Of a DNA stretch of 64,000 nucleotides, positions 48,187-64,000 are shown piece after piece. The stretch lies in NCBI RefSeq assembly GCF_009914755.1, contig NC_060942.1, one strand, 5' to 3'. Each line of letters starts with the position of its first letter. Positions within the stretch are counted from its first letter, which is position 1. This stretch comes from the human T2T-CHM13v2.0 reference genome, Homo sapiens. Both the position numbers and the translations under genes were made by a program. The notes beneath the pieces were generated by a model. It had not been told where the DNA came from, made no database searches, and saw only the letters and a program-made list of their open reading frames with translations.

Positions 48187-49674
48187 CTAACCCCCCCCAA
48201 ATTAAAAAATATATATATATTTTTAAAGTCTTTAAGTCTTGGGAAATTGTTATGCTCATGGTGGCAGAAACAAATTTTCCAAAATTTTAACTTTTGTTTG
48301 AAAGATTAAATTTTATCGTTGGCAACAAATCCCGTCTTTCTTGTAGCATCAGGATCACTTTACTCAATTTTTTAAATTCAAATTTTATTTTGAGATAATT
48401 GCAGTCACATACAGTAATATGAAATAATTCAGAGAGATCTGTCTACCCTTCACTCGGTTTCCCCTAATGGTAACATCTTGCAGAACTATATATACTACAA
48501 TAGCATAATCAGGATATTGACATTGATACAGTCAAGACACAGAACATTTCCACTACCACAGGAATCCCTAAAGAAACCCACCTCCCGTTTATTCTCTGGC
48601 AACCATTAATATGTTCTCTATATCATTTTGTTTTTTTTAAAACGTTCTATTAATAGAACCATTCAGTGTGGCACATTTTGGAATTTGCTTCCCCCTGCCC
48701 TCTCAACTTAATTCTTTGCAGATTCATCCAGGTTATCATGCCCATGAGAAGTTTGTTGCTTTTTATGGGTGTTGTCCATGATATGGATGGACTAAAGTTT
48801 GTTGAATATTCATTGTTGAAGGACATCTGGGTTGTTACCAGTTTTTTGACTATTACAAATAAAGCTGTTATAAATGTTTGTGTACAAGCTTTTGAGTCTT
48901 CATTTCTCTGGGATATTGCATGTTTAGTTTTTAAAGAAACTACCAAAATGATTTGCAGAGCACTATACCATTTTGCCTTCCCACCAGCAATGGATGCATG
49001 ATCCAGTTTCTCTGCATTTTCTCCAGTTCTTGGTATTGTCATGATTTTTTAAAAATACAGTTTATTTTTTAGAGCAGTTTTAGATTCACAATGAAACTGA
49101 ACAAAAGTACACATACCTCTGTTTCCACAGATACACAGCCTCCCCCGCTATCAACATCCTGCACCCGAATGGTACATTTGTTACAATTGATGAACCTTCA
49201 TTGACACATCAGTATCACTGAAAGTCCACCATTTACATTAGGCTTATTCTTGGAGTTGTACAATCTATAGGTTCTATAAGTGTATAATAACGTGTATCCA
49301 CCATGGTAGTATCATACAAAATAGCTTCACTTCCCTAAAAATCCTCTATACTCTGCCCATTCATCCTTCCTCCCCACCAACCACTGGTAACCACTGAGTC
49401 TTACTGTCATCATAGTTTTGCCTTTTCTAAAATATCATAGAGTTGGGATGATATGGTATGTAGCCTTTTTAGATGCATCTTTTTCACTTATCGTCAGTAT
49501 TTTTTTATTTTAGCCATTCTGATAAATATGTGGTGATATTGCATCATGGTTTTCATTTGCAGTTCCTAATAGCTAATAATATTGAACCTATTTTCATGTG
49601 TTTATTTCCCATCTGCATATTCTCTTGAGTGAAATATCTCTTCATGTCTTTTGCTCATGCTCTAATCATCTAAT

Positions 49675-49678
<4 letters not shown>

Positions 49679-49731
<53 letters not shown>

Positions 49732-49872
49732 GTAGTCTCACTCTGTCGCCCAGGTTAGAGTGCAGTGGTGCAATCTTGGCTCACTGCAACTTCCGCCTCC
49801 TGGGTTCAAGTGATTCTCAGCCTCAGCCTCTTGCGTAGCTGGAATTAGAGGTGTGAGCCATCATTCCTGGCT
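49679..49872 (-). mobile_element. Partial Alu (right arm) with a T51 tail
   Basis: 51 consecutive T, then the reverse-complement Alu right arm. Confidence 0.88.
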
Positions 49873-50874
49873 CCAAGCTTTTTTGTTCTTACATTATTGT
49901 ATTTTGAGAGTTCTTTACATATGCTATATACTATTCCTTTGTCAGATATGTCATTTAGAAATACATTTTCCCACTCTGTAGCTTATCTTTTTATTCTCTT
50001 AACAAGGTGTTTAGCAGAGCGAAAGTTTTAAATTTTGATGAAATCCAATTTATCAATTTTTCCTTTTAATGGATTGAATTTTTGGTGTAAAGCCTAAGAA
50101 CCCTCTGCCTAGCCCTACATCCTGAGGATTTTCTCCTATATCTTAAAAAAAGTTTTATAATTTTATGTTTTACATTTAAGCCAGTAATATAGTTTGAGTT
50201 AATTTTTGTATAAGGTGTGAGGTTTAGGTTAAGACTCATTTTTTTGGGGGGGGGGGGATGCTTATGGATGTCCAATTGCTACAGCACTATTTGTTGAAAA
50301 GCTATCTTTCCTCTATTGGTTTGTTTTTGCATTTTTGTTTAACATATTTGTGTGGGTCTATTTCTAGATTGTCTATTCTATTTCATTAATCTATGCATCT
50401 ACTCTTCTACCAACACCATAGACTTTTGATTACTATATAGTCTTGATTATATAATCTTTCTCTGCCAATGCCATACAGTCTTGATTACTACACATATACT
50501 ATAGCTGTGTTGTAAGTTTTAAAATTGGGTAGACTGATTCCTCCCACTTTATTATTTTTTCTTCAAAACTGTTTTAGTTATACTAGTTTCTTTTTCTTTC
50601 TACATAAATTTTAGAATAATCTTGTCTATATCTGAAAAAAGCTCTTGCTGAGATTTTGACAAGAATTGAATTAAATCTGAATATCAATTTTGGGAGAATT
50701 GACACCTTTTTACTAAGTTGAGTCTTCCAATCCATGAGCATAGTTTCTCTCTCCCTTTCTTATGTTCCTTTTTGATTTCTTTCTTCAGCATTGTCTAGGT
50801 TTCAGCATACAAGTCCCGTGCATGCTCTGTTAGATTTACATCTGTGTGTATCTCATTTTAGGAGTAACTATTTT

Positions 50875-51191
50875 AATTAATTAATTTATTTAGAGATAGA
50901 GTCTCGCTCTGTCACCCAGGCTGGAGTGCAGTGGTGCGATCTCGGCTCACTGCGACCTCTGCCTCCCAGGTAGCTAGGATTGGCCTCAGCCTCCCGAGTA
51001 GCTGCCTCAGCCTTCCGAGTAGCTAGGATTACAGGCGCCTGCCGCCACACCTGGCTAATATTTTTGTATTTTTGTAGAGACGGGGGTTTCACCATGTTGG
51101 CCAGGCTGGTCTCAAACTTCTGACCTCAGGTGATCCACTGCTTCTGCCTTCCAAAGTGCTGGGATTACAGGTACAAGCCACCACGCCCAGC
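50875..51191 (-). mobile_element. AluS with an internal rearrangement
   Basis: Reverse-complement Alu dimer. Confidence 0.93.
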
Positions 51192-51825
51192 AATGAAACT
51201 ATTATTATAAATGCTATCATATTTTAAATTTTGGTGCCCATGTGTTTATTGCTACTATATAGTAATGTAACTGATTTTTATATATTGAACTTGTGTCCTG
51301 AGCTAGCTTAATTCTAGGAGAGTTTTTTTTTTTTTTTTGTAGATTCTTTGAGATTTTTTTTTACTTAGACGATCATGCTATTCACAAATAGGGACAGTTT
51401 TATTTTATTTTTTCTAATCTGTATGCCTTTTATTTCCTTTCTTGCCTGTTGCACTGACTAGAACGTCCAGAACTACACTGAATAGAGTGATGAAAGTGGA
51501 TGTTCTGGCCTAGTTTTCAGTCTTGGAAAAGCATTCAGTCTTTCATTATTAGGTATAATGTTATCTGTAGGATTTGTATAGATTCTCTTTTTCAAGTTGA
51601 GGAAGTTTTTCTCTATTTCTATTTTTCTGGAAGTTTTTATCATAAATGAGTGTAGAATTGTTTTCAATGCTTTTTCTGTACCAATCTATGTAATCATGAG
51701 ATTTTTATTCTTTAACTGGTTAATACTGTGGATTACACTGATTGATTCTGAATATTGAACCAATCTTACTTCCTGGAAGAAGCCACACTTGGTCATGGTG
51801 TATGATTCTTTTTATGTATTGCTGA

Positions 51826-52257
<432 letters not shown>

Positions 52258-53009
52258 TAAAATGAACTGGAAAATGTTGGCTCCTCTTCTATTTTGTTGG
52301 GGGAGAGGGAAGGGATTGTGTAGAATTGGTGTTAATTCTTTAAATGTTTAGTAGAATTTTCAGTAAAACCATTTGGGCCTGGAATTTCTTTTGGGGGAGT
52401 TTTAAAATTATGAATTCAACTTTTTAAAATAGTTACAGGGCTAGTCAAATGATCTATTTCATATTTCATGAAGGTTATAGTGGCTGTATTTCAAAAAATT
52501 TGATCAACTTCTTCAAAGCTGTCCAAGTTATGTGTGTATTGTTGTTTGGTGGAATTGCTGGGCCACATGGTAATTTTGTGTTAACTTTTTGAAGAATTAT
52601 CAAATTATTTTCTATAGCAGCCGAACCATTTTACGTTCACACCATCAATGTGTGAGAGTTCCAAATTCACCATATTCTTTCCAATATTATTTTCTATTTT
52701 TAAAAGTTGTAACCATCCTAGTGGGTGTGAAGTGGTATCTTGCCATGGGCTCACCATTACTTTTGCACTAGGAGTTCAAATGTAAACACAGTGAAAGAGG
52801 CCAATAACATCTTAGCAGTAATAGGAAAATATTTTGAATCTCAATGACCCATGGAAGGATCTCAGAGGTTGCAGGGTCTGTGAACCAACCTTTCAGAATA
52901 ACTGCCCTAGTTGAACTCTATGCAGGCAGTAATAGTAGACCTTTCTTTACCTGGCTAGTGACATTTCAGATGATTTTTCATGGCTTCTTACCTTTCATAA
53001 GGGGTAAAT

Positions 53010-53240
53010 ATGGGGTTAGTGGTTAAGACCATGAGCTTTTGCATCAGATAGACCTGAATTTCAATCCTGGACCAGTAATTACTGTTATGCAATTTTGGGA
53101 GGCTTCCTAATTCTCTGAGCCTCAATTTCCTCAGCTATAAAATGGGAACAATAATCACTGCACCATGGAATTCCTATGAGGTTAAATAAAATAATAAGTA
53201 CAGATTTTTTGGTATGTAGCAGACATTCAACAAATGGTAG
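53010..53240 (+). mobile_element. MIR
   Basis: gtggttaaga..ctctgagcctcaatttcctcagctataaaatggg core. Confidence 0.85.
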
Positions 53241-53336
53241 ATATAAAAAGTAGGTAGTTTTAAAAGTGTGATGTACTTTATTACCTAAACAGGAACAATT
53301 TTGAGGGTGAAAAAGGTGATGTAAAAAATGACTGTG

Positions 53337-53638
53337 GGCTGGGTGCAGTGGCTCAAGCCTGTAATCCCAGCACTTTGGGAGGCCAAAGCAGGCAGATCAC
53401 CTGAGGTCAGGAGTTTGAGACCAGCCTGGCCACCATGGCGAAACCCTGTCTCTACTAAAAATACAAAAATTAGCCAGGCATGGTGGTGCATGCCTGTAGT
53501 GCCAGCTACTCAGGAGGCTGAGGCAGGAGAATTGCTTGAACCTGGGAAATGGAGGCTCCAGTGAGCCAAGATCACACCACTGCACTACAGCCTGGGCTTC
53601 AGAGCAAGACTTCACACCAAAAAAAAAAAAAAAAAAAA
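53337..53638 (+). mobile_element. AluS
   Basis: Full dimer, poly(A), flanking gactgtgg repeat. Confidence 0.95.
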
Positions 53639-53749
53639 GACTGTGGACAGCAGACTTTGGCTGTCCCTGGCAAACCTGGAAGTGTGGTCACCCCCAAAAA
53701 AGGAAGGTGTAGCAAGTCACTTTAGTGACAGAAGAATAATTGTGGCCCA

Positions 53750-53985
53750 CATGCTGGTGGTGAAGGTGGAGACTCTGGAGCCAGATGGCTTGGGTTTGAA
53801 TCCCAGCCACACACTAACTAGTTGTGTGCATTTAGACAAGTTACTTAATGTCTCTATGCCTTAATTCCCTCATCTCTATAATGAGTAATAAAAATACACA
53901 TCTTGTAATGTTGTTGCAAGAATTAAATTACATAACACATGTAAAGTGTTTAGAACAGTGTTTGGCACACCATAAGCTCTGTGTA
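53750..53985 (+). mobile_element. MIR
   Basis: ctctggagccagatggcttgggtttgaatcccagc core. Confidence 0.85.
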
Positions 53986-54586
53986 AGTAAGAATGGCTAG
54001 TGCTAGAAGAGGAAATATGAGGGGATGATAGAAAGCAGGGGGCGGTAGAAAAGCAGGAGGAAGAACATTAGAGAAAAACAGATTATTCTCAGTGAACTGG
54101 GGAAAGGAAGGAGGAGGATGAAGAGGGGGAACTGAATAAAAGTAGTTTTTCAATAGATGATATGGTTTGGCTCTGGGTCCCCACCCAAATCTCTTCTTGA
54201 ATTGTAATCCTCACTTGTGGAGGAAGGGACCTGTAATCCCCATGTGTCAAGGGTGGGAGGTGATGGATTACGGCGGCGGTTTTCCCCATGCTGTTCTCCT
54301 CATAGTGAGTGAGTTCTCACGAGATCTGATGGCTTTATAAGGGGCTCTCCTGCTTTGGTTTCCTTTTTTTTTTTTTTTTTTATTATACTTTAAGTTTTAG
54401 GGTACATGTGCACAATGTGCAGGTTAGTTACATATGTATACATGTGCCATGCTGGTGCGCTGCACCCACTAACTCGTCATCTAGCATTAGGGATATCTCC
54501 CAATGCTATCCCTCCCCCCTCCTCCCATCCCACGACAGTCCCCAGAGTGTGATGTTCCCCTTCCTGTGTCCATGTGTTCTCACTGT

Positions 54587-58250
<3,664 letters not shown>

Positions 58251-58313
58251 TATGATGTTAGCTGGTGATTTTGCTCGTTAGTTGATGCAGTTTCTTCCTA
58301 ATCTCGATGGTCT

Positions 58314-59328
58314 TTACGATTTGGCATGATTTTGCAGCGGCTGGTACTGGTTGTTCCTTTTCATGTTTAGTGCTTCCTTCAGGAGCTCTTTTAGGGCAGG
58401 CCTGGTGGTGACAAAATCTCTCAGCATTTGCTTGTCTGTAAAGTATTTTATTTCTCCTTCACTTATGAAGCTTAGTTTGGCTGGATATGAAATTCTGGGT
58501 TGAAAATTCTTTTCTTTAAGAATGTTGAACATTGGCCCCCACTCTCTTCTGGCTTGTAGAGTTTCTGCTGAGAGATCCGCTGTTAGTCTGGTGGGCTTCC
58601 CTTTGAGGGTAACCCGACCTTTCTCTCTGGCTGCCCTTAACATTTTTTCCTTCATTTCAACTTTGGTGAATCTGACAATTATGTGTCTTGGAGTTGCTCT
58701 TCTCGAGGAGTATCTTTGTGGCGTTCTCTGTATTTCCTGAATCTGAATGTTGGCCTGTCTTGCTAGATTGGGGAAGTTCTCCTGGATAATATCCTGCAGA
58801 GTGTTTTCCAATTTGGTTCCATTCTCCCCGTCACTTTCAGGTACACCAATCAGACGAATATTTGGTCTTTTCACATAGTCCCATATTTCTTGGAGGCTTT
58901 GCTCGTTTATTTTTATTCTTTTTTCTCTAAACTTCCCTTCTCGCTTCATTTCATTCATTTCATCTTCCATTGCTGATACCCTTTCTTCCAGTTGATCGCA
59001 TCGGCTCCTGAGGCTTCTGCATTCTTCATGTAGTTCTCAAGCCTTGGTTTTCAGCTCCATCAGCTCCTTTAAGCACTTCTCTGTATTGGTTATTCTAGTT
59101 ATACATTCTTCTAAATTTTTTTTCAAAGTTTTCAACTTCTTTGCCTTTGGTTTGAATGTCCTCCCATAGCTCGGAGTAATTTGATCATCTGAAGCCTTCT
59201 CTCAGCTTGTCAAAGTCATTCTCCATCCAGCTTTGTTCCGTTGCTGGTGAGGAACTGCGTTCCTTTGGAGGAGGAGAGGCGCTCTGCTTTTTAGAGTTTC
59301 CCGTTTTTCTGCTCTGTTTTTTCCCCAT
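58314..59328 (-). pseudogene. L1 ORF1, disrupted
   Basis: ATG at 59328, premature stop/frameshift in the 5' part; intact C-terminal 218 aa (EIWDYVKRPN..YPAKLSF). Confidence 0.9.
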
Positions 59329-59783
59329 CTTTGTGGTTTTATCTACTTTTGGTCTTTGATGATGGTGATGTACAGATGGGTTTTTGGTGTGGATGTCCTT
59401 TCTGTTTGTTAGTTTTCCTTCTAACAGACAGGACCCTCAGCTGCAGGTCTGTTGGAGTACTGACACCTGTGAGGTGTCAGTCTGCCCCTGCTGGGGGGTG
59501 CCTCCCAGTTAGGCTGCTCGGGGGTCAGGGGTCAGGGACCCACTTGAGGAGGCAGTCTGCCTGTTCTCAGATCTCCAGCTGCGTGCTGGGAGAACCACTG
59601 CTCTCTTCAAAGCTGTCAGACAGGGACATTTAAGTCTGCAGAGGTTACTGCTGTCTTGTTGTTTGTCTGTGCCCTGCCCCCAGAAGTGGAGCCTACAGAG
59701 GCAGGCAGGCCTCCTTGAGCTGTGGTGGGCTCCACCCAGTTCGAGCTTCCCGCCTGCTTTGTTTACCTAAGCAAGCCTGGGCA

Positions 59784-59966
59784 ATGGCGGCCGCCCCTCC
59801 CCCAGCCTCGCTGCCGCCTTGCAGCTTGATCTCAGACTGCTGTGGTAGCAATCAGCGAGACTCCGTGGGTGTAGGACCCTCTGAGCCAGGTGCGGGATAT
59901 AATCTCCTGGTGCTCCGTTTTTTAAGCCCGTTGGAAAAGCGCAATATTCGGGTGGGAGTGATCTGA
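59784..59966 (+). other. L1 ORF0, truncated at 60 aa, within the antisense promoter
   Basis: MAAAPPPASLPPCSLISDCC matches primate L1 ORF0; ends early at TGA. Confidence 0.8.
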
Positions 59967-62349
59967 TTTTCCAGGTGCCGTCTGTCACCCCTTTCTTTGA
60001 CTAGGAAAGGGAACTCCCTGACCCCTTGCGCTTCCCGAGTGAGGCAATGCCTCGCCCTGCTTTGGCTCGCGCATGGTGTGCACACCCACTGTCCTGTGCC
60101 CACTGTCTGGCACTCCCTAGTGAGATGAACCCGGTACCTCAGATGGAAATGCAGAAATCACCCGTCTTCTGCGTCGCTCATGCTGGGAGCTGTAGACCGG
60201 AGCTGTTCCTATTCAGCCATCTTGGCTCCTCCCCCTCCTGCTTTGCTTTCTCCTCTCTCTCCTGCTACCATGTAAGACGTGCCTGCTTCCCCTTCCATCA
60301 TGATTGTAAGTTTCCTGAGGCCTCCCCACCCATGCAGAACTGCTAGTCAATTAAACTTCTTCCTTTATAAATTATCCAGTCTCTGGTATTTCTTTATAGC
60401 AGAGTGAAAATAAACTAATATAAGTCTGATTAGCAAAAGCAATAGCATATGTGCCTTTCCTTGCAGTATGTGTTTAGGATGGTTTACAATCAAAATCCCA
60501 ATTAAGAAAAGTCAGCCCTTTGAAGGTTAATCTCATCATTGTTTTCTATGTAGAGCCATGCCATTTGAGCCACAAGTTCTCTGGTTCTCTTGGGTGGTTA
60601 CCTACTACCAAGTTATGGGTAAACTGTTACTGCTCCATAATAAAAAAATTCTCAAATTGAGATCAAGATAAATTTTTGAGAATTTTATATTTTACTCTAG
60701 GGTCAACAGAAGAAAAAAACCTTCAGTTTCTTATATGGGAACATAATCATATTACTCATATGTAATATAAGAATATATCATAAGGACAAATCAATGATCA
60801 GGTATCTATACATTTTAGTCAAATGACATTTATTAATATCATGTAGCTATATTTGGTCCAAATTTTAGTGACCTGTTAGTTTCAGACTTTAAGTTTTTTG
60901 ATAGTATATGGATTTTTGCTTTATAGTTGTTTTTAAAGATTATGACTGGGGCATATAACAGTTTACTTAGTTGTGCATAATTGGTAGCAAACGTTTCCTC
61001 TTTTTCAATTATAGGAGAACTCCCATCCCATATCCAGTTATTTTTAAAGTAAGAGGGGAAATGGAACCATGTCAGTCGGTCATGGCCCAGTACTTACAAT
61101 GGGTACCAGGAGTACCAGGTAGTAAGTAGCAGGAGACTTTCGTTTGATTACTTTTTCTATGGTTCCCCGTGATTATTTAAGATAAATGTCCTAAGGTAAT
61201 AATTAACTGCTTCCCAAGTGGGAGTTCAAGAATTTTCAGTATTGTTTCAAAGCAGAGAATAGGTCCCTCTATGGAAGGTCTCAGTGCCGTAGAAAGAGGG
61301 GATTGGCTTTGCTAATCTCCAGATTTGGTTCCCTGCTAGCCTTTGATAGTTCCCTACCCCTTACGACAGCAAGCTGTCAAGATAGACTTGTGAGGCCTAT
61401 CATTGCACGTTTGTGATGCCATTGGGTTCTACCAGTTTTGACTGACAAGGGACAATGGATATTTGTGGAAAATGGACTCCTTTGTGGCTGTAACATAATT
61501 AATTTTCAATTCATGTGGACTACTAGCTTTAAAATGATGAGATTCTTGAAGAGTTTTTAATTTGGGATGTTTCACATTATTTTAAATTTTGTACAGAGAC
61601 TTTATGACTGCATTTAATAGTGTGTTATTTCAAATTTAAAGTTCCACATTTTGCATGGAATTTTGCCACATCACATTTCATAGGCAAAATTATCCTCTAG
61701 TAGTTGAATACTCAGGGAAGCATATACCCTCATTCTCTCTTTTGGGCCTATTGGCACCCAGGGAAATTAATGAGTTAATCTATTTTCTTAAATACCAGGG
61801 AGAGATTGAACATTATTTAATCTGTGGGCTCAAAATGGCCTTAAAGTTCCTGCATTTCTACTGATATCACTAGTTAGGCCCTGGAAAAAACAGGACTCCA
61901 TTCAGATTCAGATCATCTTCCGTATCAGTAATCGTACTTAAGTAAGTGTGTGGACTGCAGGAAAGACAATTATCCTTTGGTATCTACAGTCTTAACATAA
62001 AACCAAATTTCACCACTGAAGTCAAGTCTGACTGCTAGAGTCATTAGATTGGAAGCTTCTATAACATTAACCCCAGTGTGAGATGTATTTTACATTAGAA
62101 ATGAAGGGCTTGCCATCTTTAGAGCTGCCGATTATGAGAAATTTCTTCAGTGTTCTCAGATGCCTGTGAAAACCTGTTTTGGAAAGATATAATTAATCAC
62201 TGGCCATTTAAATAGCCATGAGATTTTATTTCAGACTAGCTTGGGAGGTGGAAACAGACCCTTCAAGGTGGATATGCATGAGTTTTAAGATCTTAGAGAT
62301 CATCACTCCCTGCTCTGAGGGAATAATGCAGTTTTGGAGGAAGGGACAC

Positions 62350-62505
62350 TGTACTCAGGTCTATCTAGCCTCTGTGTCAGGTGTTTTGTATATGATTTTA
62401 CTTAATCCTCCAAACAGTCTTTTGTGATAGGGGACATTGTTAATCCTCATTTGGCGGAGGAGAAGTACTGGGGTCAGAATTTGGTCAGTCTGGCCATCAA
62501 GTCAT
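62350..62505 (-). mobile_element. MIR
   Basis: tgtgtcaggtg..ttaatcctccaaacag..cctcatttggcggaggagaa. Confidence 0.6.
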
Positions 62506-63831
62506 GCCTCTTCTGTGAGGCCACCGCGCAGTCCCCAAGCAGCACATGCCACCCCAGGAGGGTCCCATCATGCCTCAGGAGGGGGAGAGGGTGCAACCTG
62601 TCTCCCCTTTAAGTGCAACTTACACAGAACCTACATGGAGATCTTTAAGGTGGTAAATGACCAAGCAGAGCCCAGTCAAATCAATGCTCTACCACCAAAA
62701 CGAATGGAAAGGAAATTAGACCAGTAAGTGTGAGAATGGAGGTAAAAATCAGATTTGCAATTTGACTGAGACTACAAAGCCATTCCTCAGACTCAGCAGC
62801 CTACTGTCCTAGGGAACTTACTTGACCTGCCAATAAAAGGATTGGTCCTCTCACCTAAGGCCTTTTCTCATCTCTGCTTTTAACTGCTTTTGATCTCCCT
62901 AAGAGTTAAAGCTAATTTCCAGGTTTCAAAATTCAGTAAGCCCTTCTGCCCAGGAGCTGATGGCCATAGCAGTTTCCAGAAAGACAGCTTGAGGTCCTCT
63001 TTCTGCTACAGTTCCACCCACATGTGTGTATGTATCTGAACAGATCTCCTAGGAGCCTAGGAAAGTATACACAGACAGGAGAAGGAGAAAGAGAGAAGTA
63101 CAACATTTCCCTTTTTAATTTTTTAAGTGATTACATTTTTAACATATTTTTCCAGTAACTACAATTAGAACATCTACTCTGTGAGGGGATTTGTTTTAAA
63201 GGATCTGATTTCTATATCCTTTTATATAACTGCCTCAAGTGTCTATAACTTAGATACGGTGCTGGGTTAGCTATCTAGGCTTTTAAATTTTCCTTTTCCA
63301 AGTATTTTCAAATATTCCTATTTTGGGTTTTTCTTGTGTTCTTATTCTAATGGTCATAATAAAAAGACTCAATATTTCGTTATTTTTCTGATCATTGTAT
63401 AACAAAGCAAAACAAAAAACATCCCAGGTCCTCAAGAACTTATCTTCTCTGGATGAATAGTTCTAGGGCAAAGGTTTCCCCTTCCTGGCAGATGACTCAG
63501 TTGTTATAAACCTTAATGACAGTGATTGGTACACCTTAAAGCAGCTAGGATTGTGAAACATTTCATTTTAGATGGAGCCTTGGAAAAGGATCACATGTAA
63601 TAAGTACGTGGAATTGTCAGGATGGTGGTGATAATGCACCAGGCACCAGCTGATTAGGCAGCCCCTGTACCATCAGTAACAAACACTGTCTTATCTGTAA
63701 ACCTTAGCCACGACAGCACCCTCCTCATGAGGAAATTCTCAGTTTCCAGTTTGGCAGTATTTCATGAATTAATTCTCATAGTCCTCTGAAAGTTTCTAAG
63801 CCAATATTACGGTAAATATAAAAAAGGCAAT

Positions 63832-64000
63832 TGGCTGGGCACCAAGGCTTATGCTTGTAATTCCAACATTTTGGGAGGCCAAGGCAGGAGGATTGTTTGA
63901 GGTCAAGAGTTTGAGACCAGCCTGGGCAACATACAGAGACGCTATCTTTAAAAAAAAAAATAGCTGGGCATGGTGGCGTGTGCCTGTGACTGCAGCCACT
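63832..64000 (+). mobile_element. AluJ (runs off the window end)
   Basis: Alu left arm and linker. Confidence 0.9.

Noticed and set aside
60430-63800. Unique sequence with short ORFs (61655, 62218, 62437)
   Set aside because: No recognisable domain, splice-supported exon chain or RNA gene

Overview
Human (primate) genomic DNA containing the complete MEP1B gene (meprin A subunit beta, astacin-family zinc metalloprotease) on the + strand. It has 15 coding exons from ATG 16389 to TGA 46559. All introns are GT-AG and the exons sum to 2106 nt (701 aa + stop), with a TATA box at 16307. The rest is mostly interspersed repeats: about 20 Alus, old L1M/L2/MIR, MaLR/MLT LTRs and hAT-Charlie fragments. 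It also holds a 5S rRNA retropseudogene, a TSD-flanked CLUH processed pseudogene antisense in intron 5, and a near full-length but dead L1PA2/3 (54363-60235, - strand) inserted in a THE1/MST-type LTR. I found no evidence of a new multi-gene system. The most notable observations are a second, independently decayed CLUH fragment near the retrocopy, a ~190-bp dispersed duplication in intron 5, several template-switch micro-rearrangements, an in-frame RT deletion in the L1, and splice/poly(A) architecture that could yield propeptide-less, secreted or circular MEP1B isoforms (hypotheses only). Repeat subfamily names come from recognition by eye, not from a database search.
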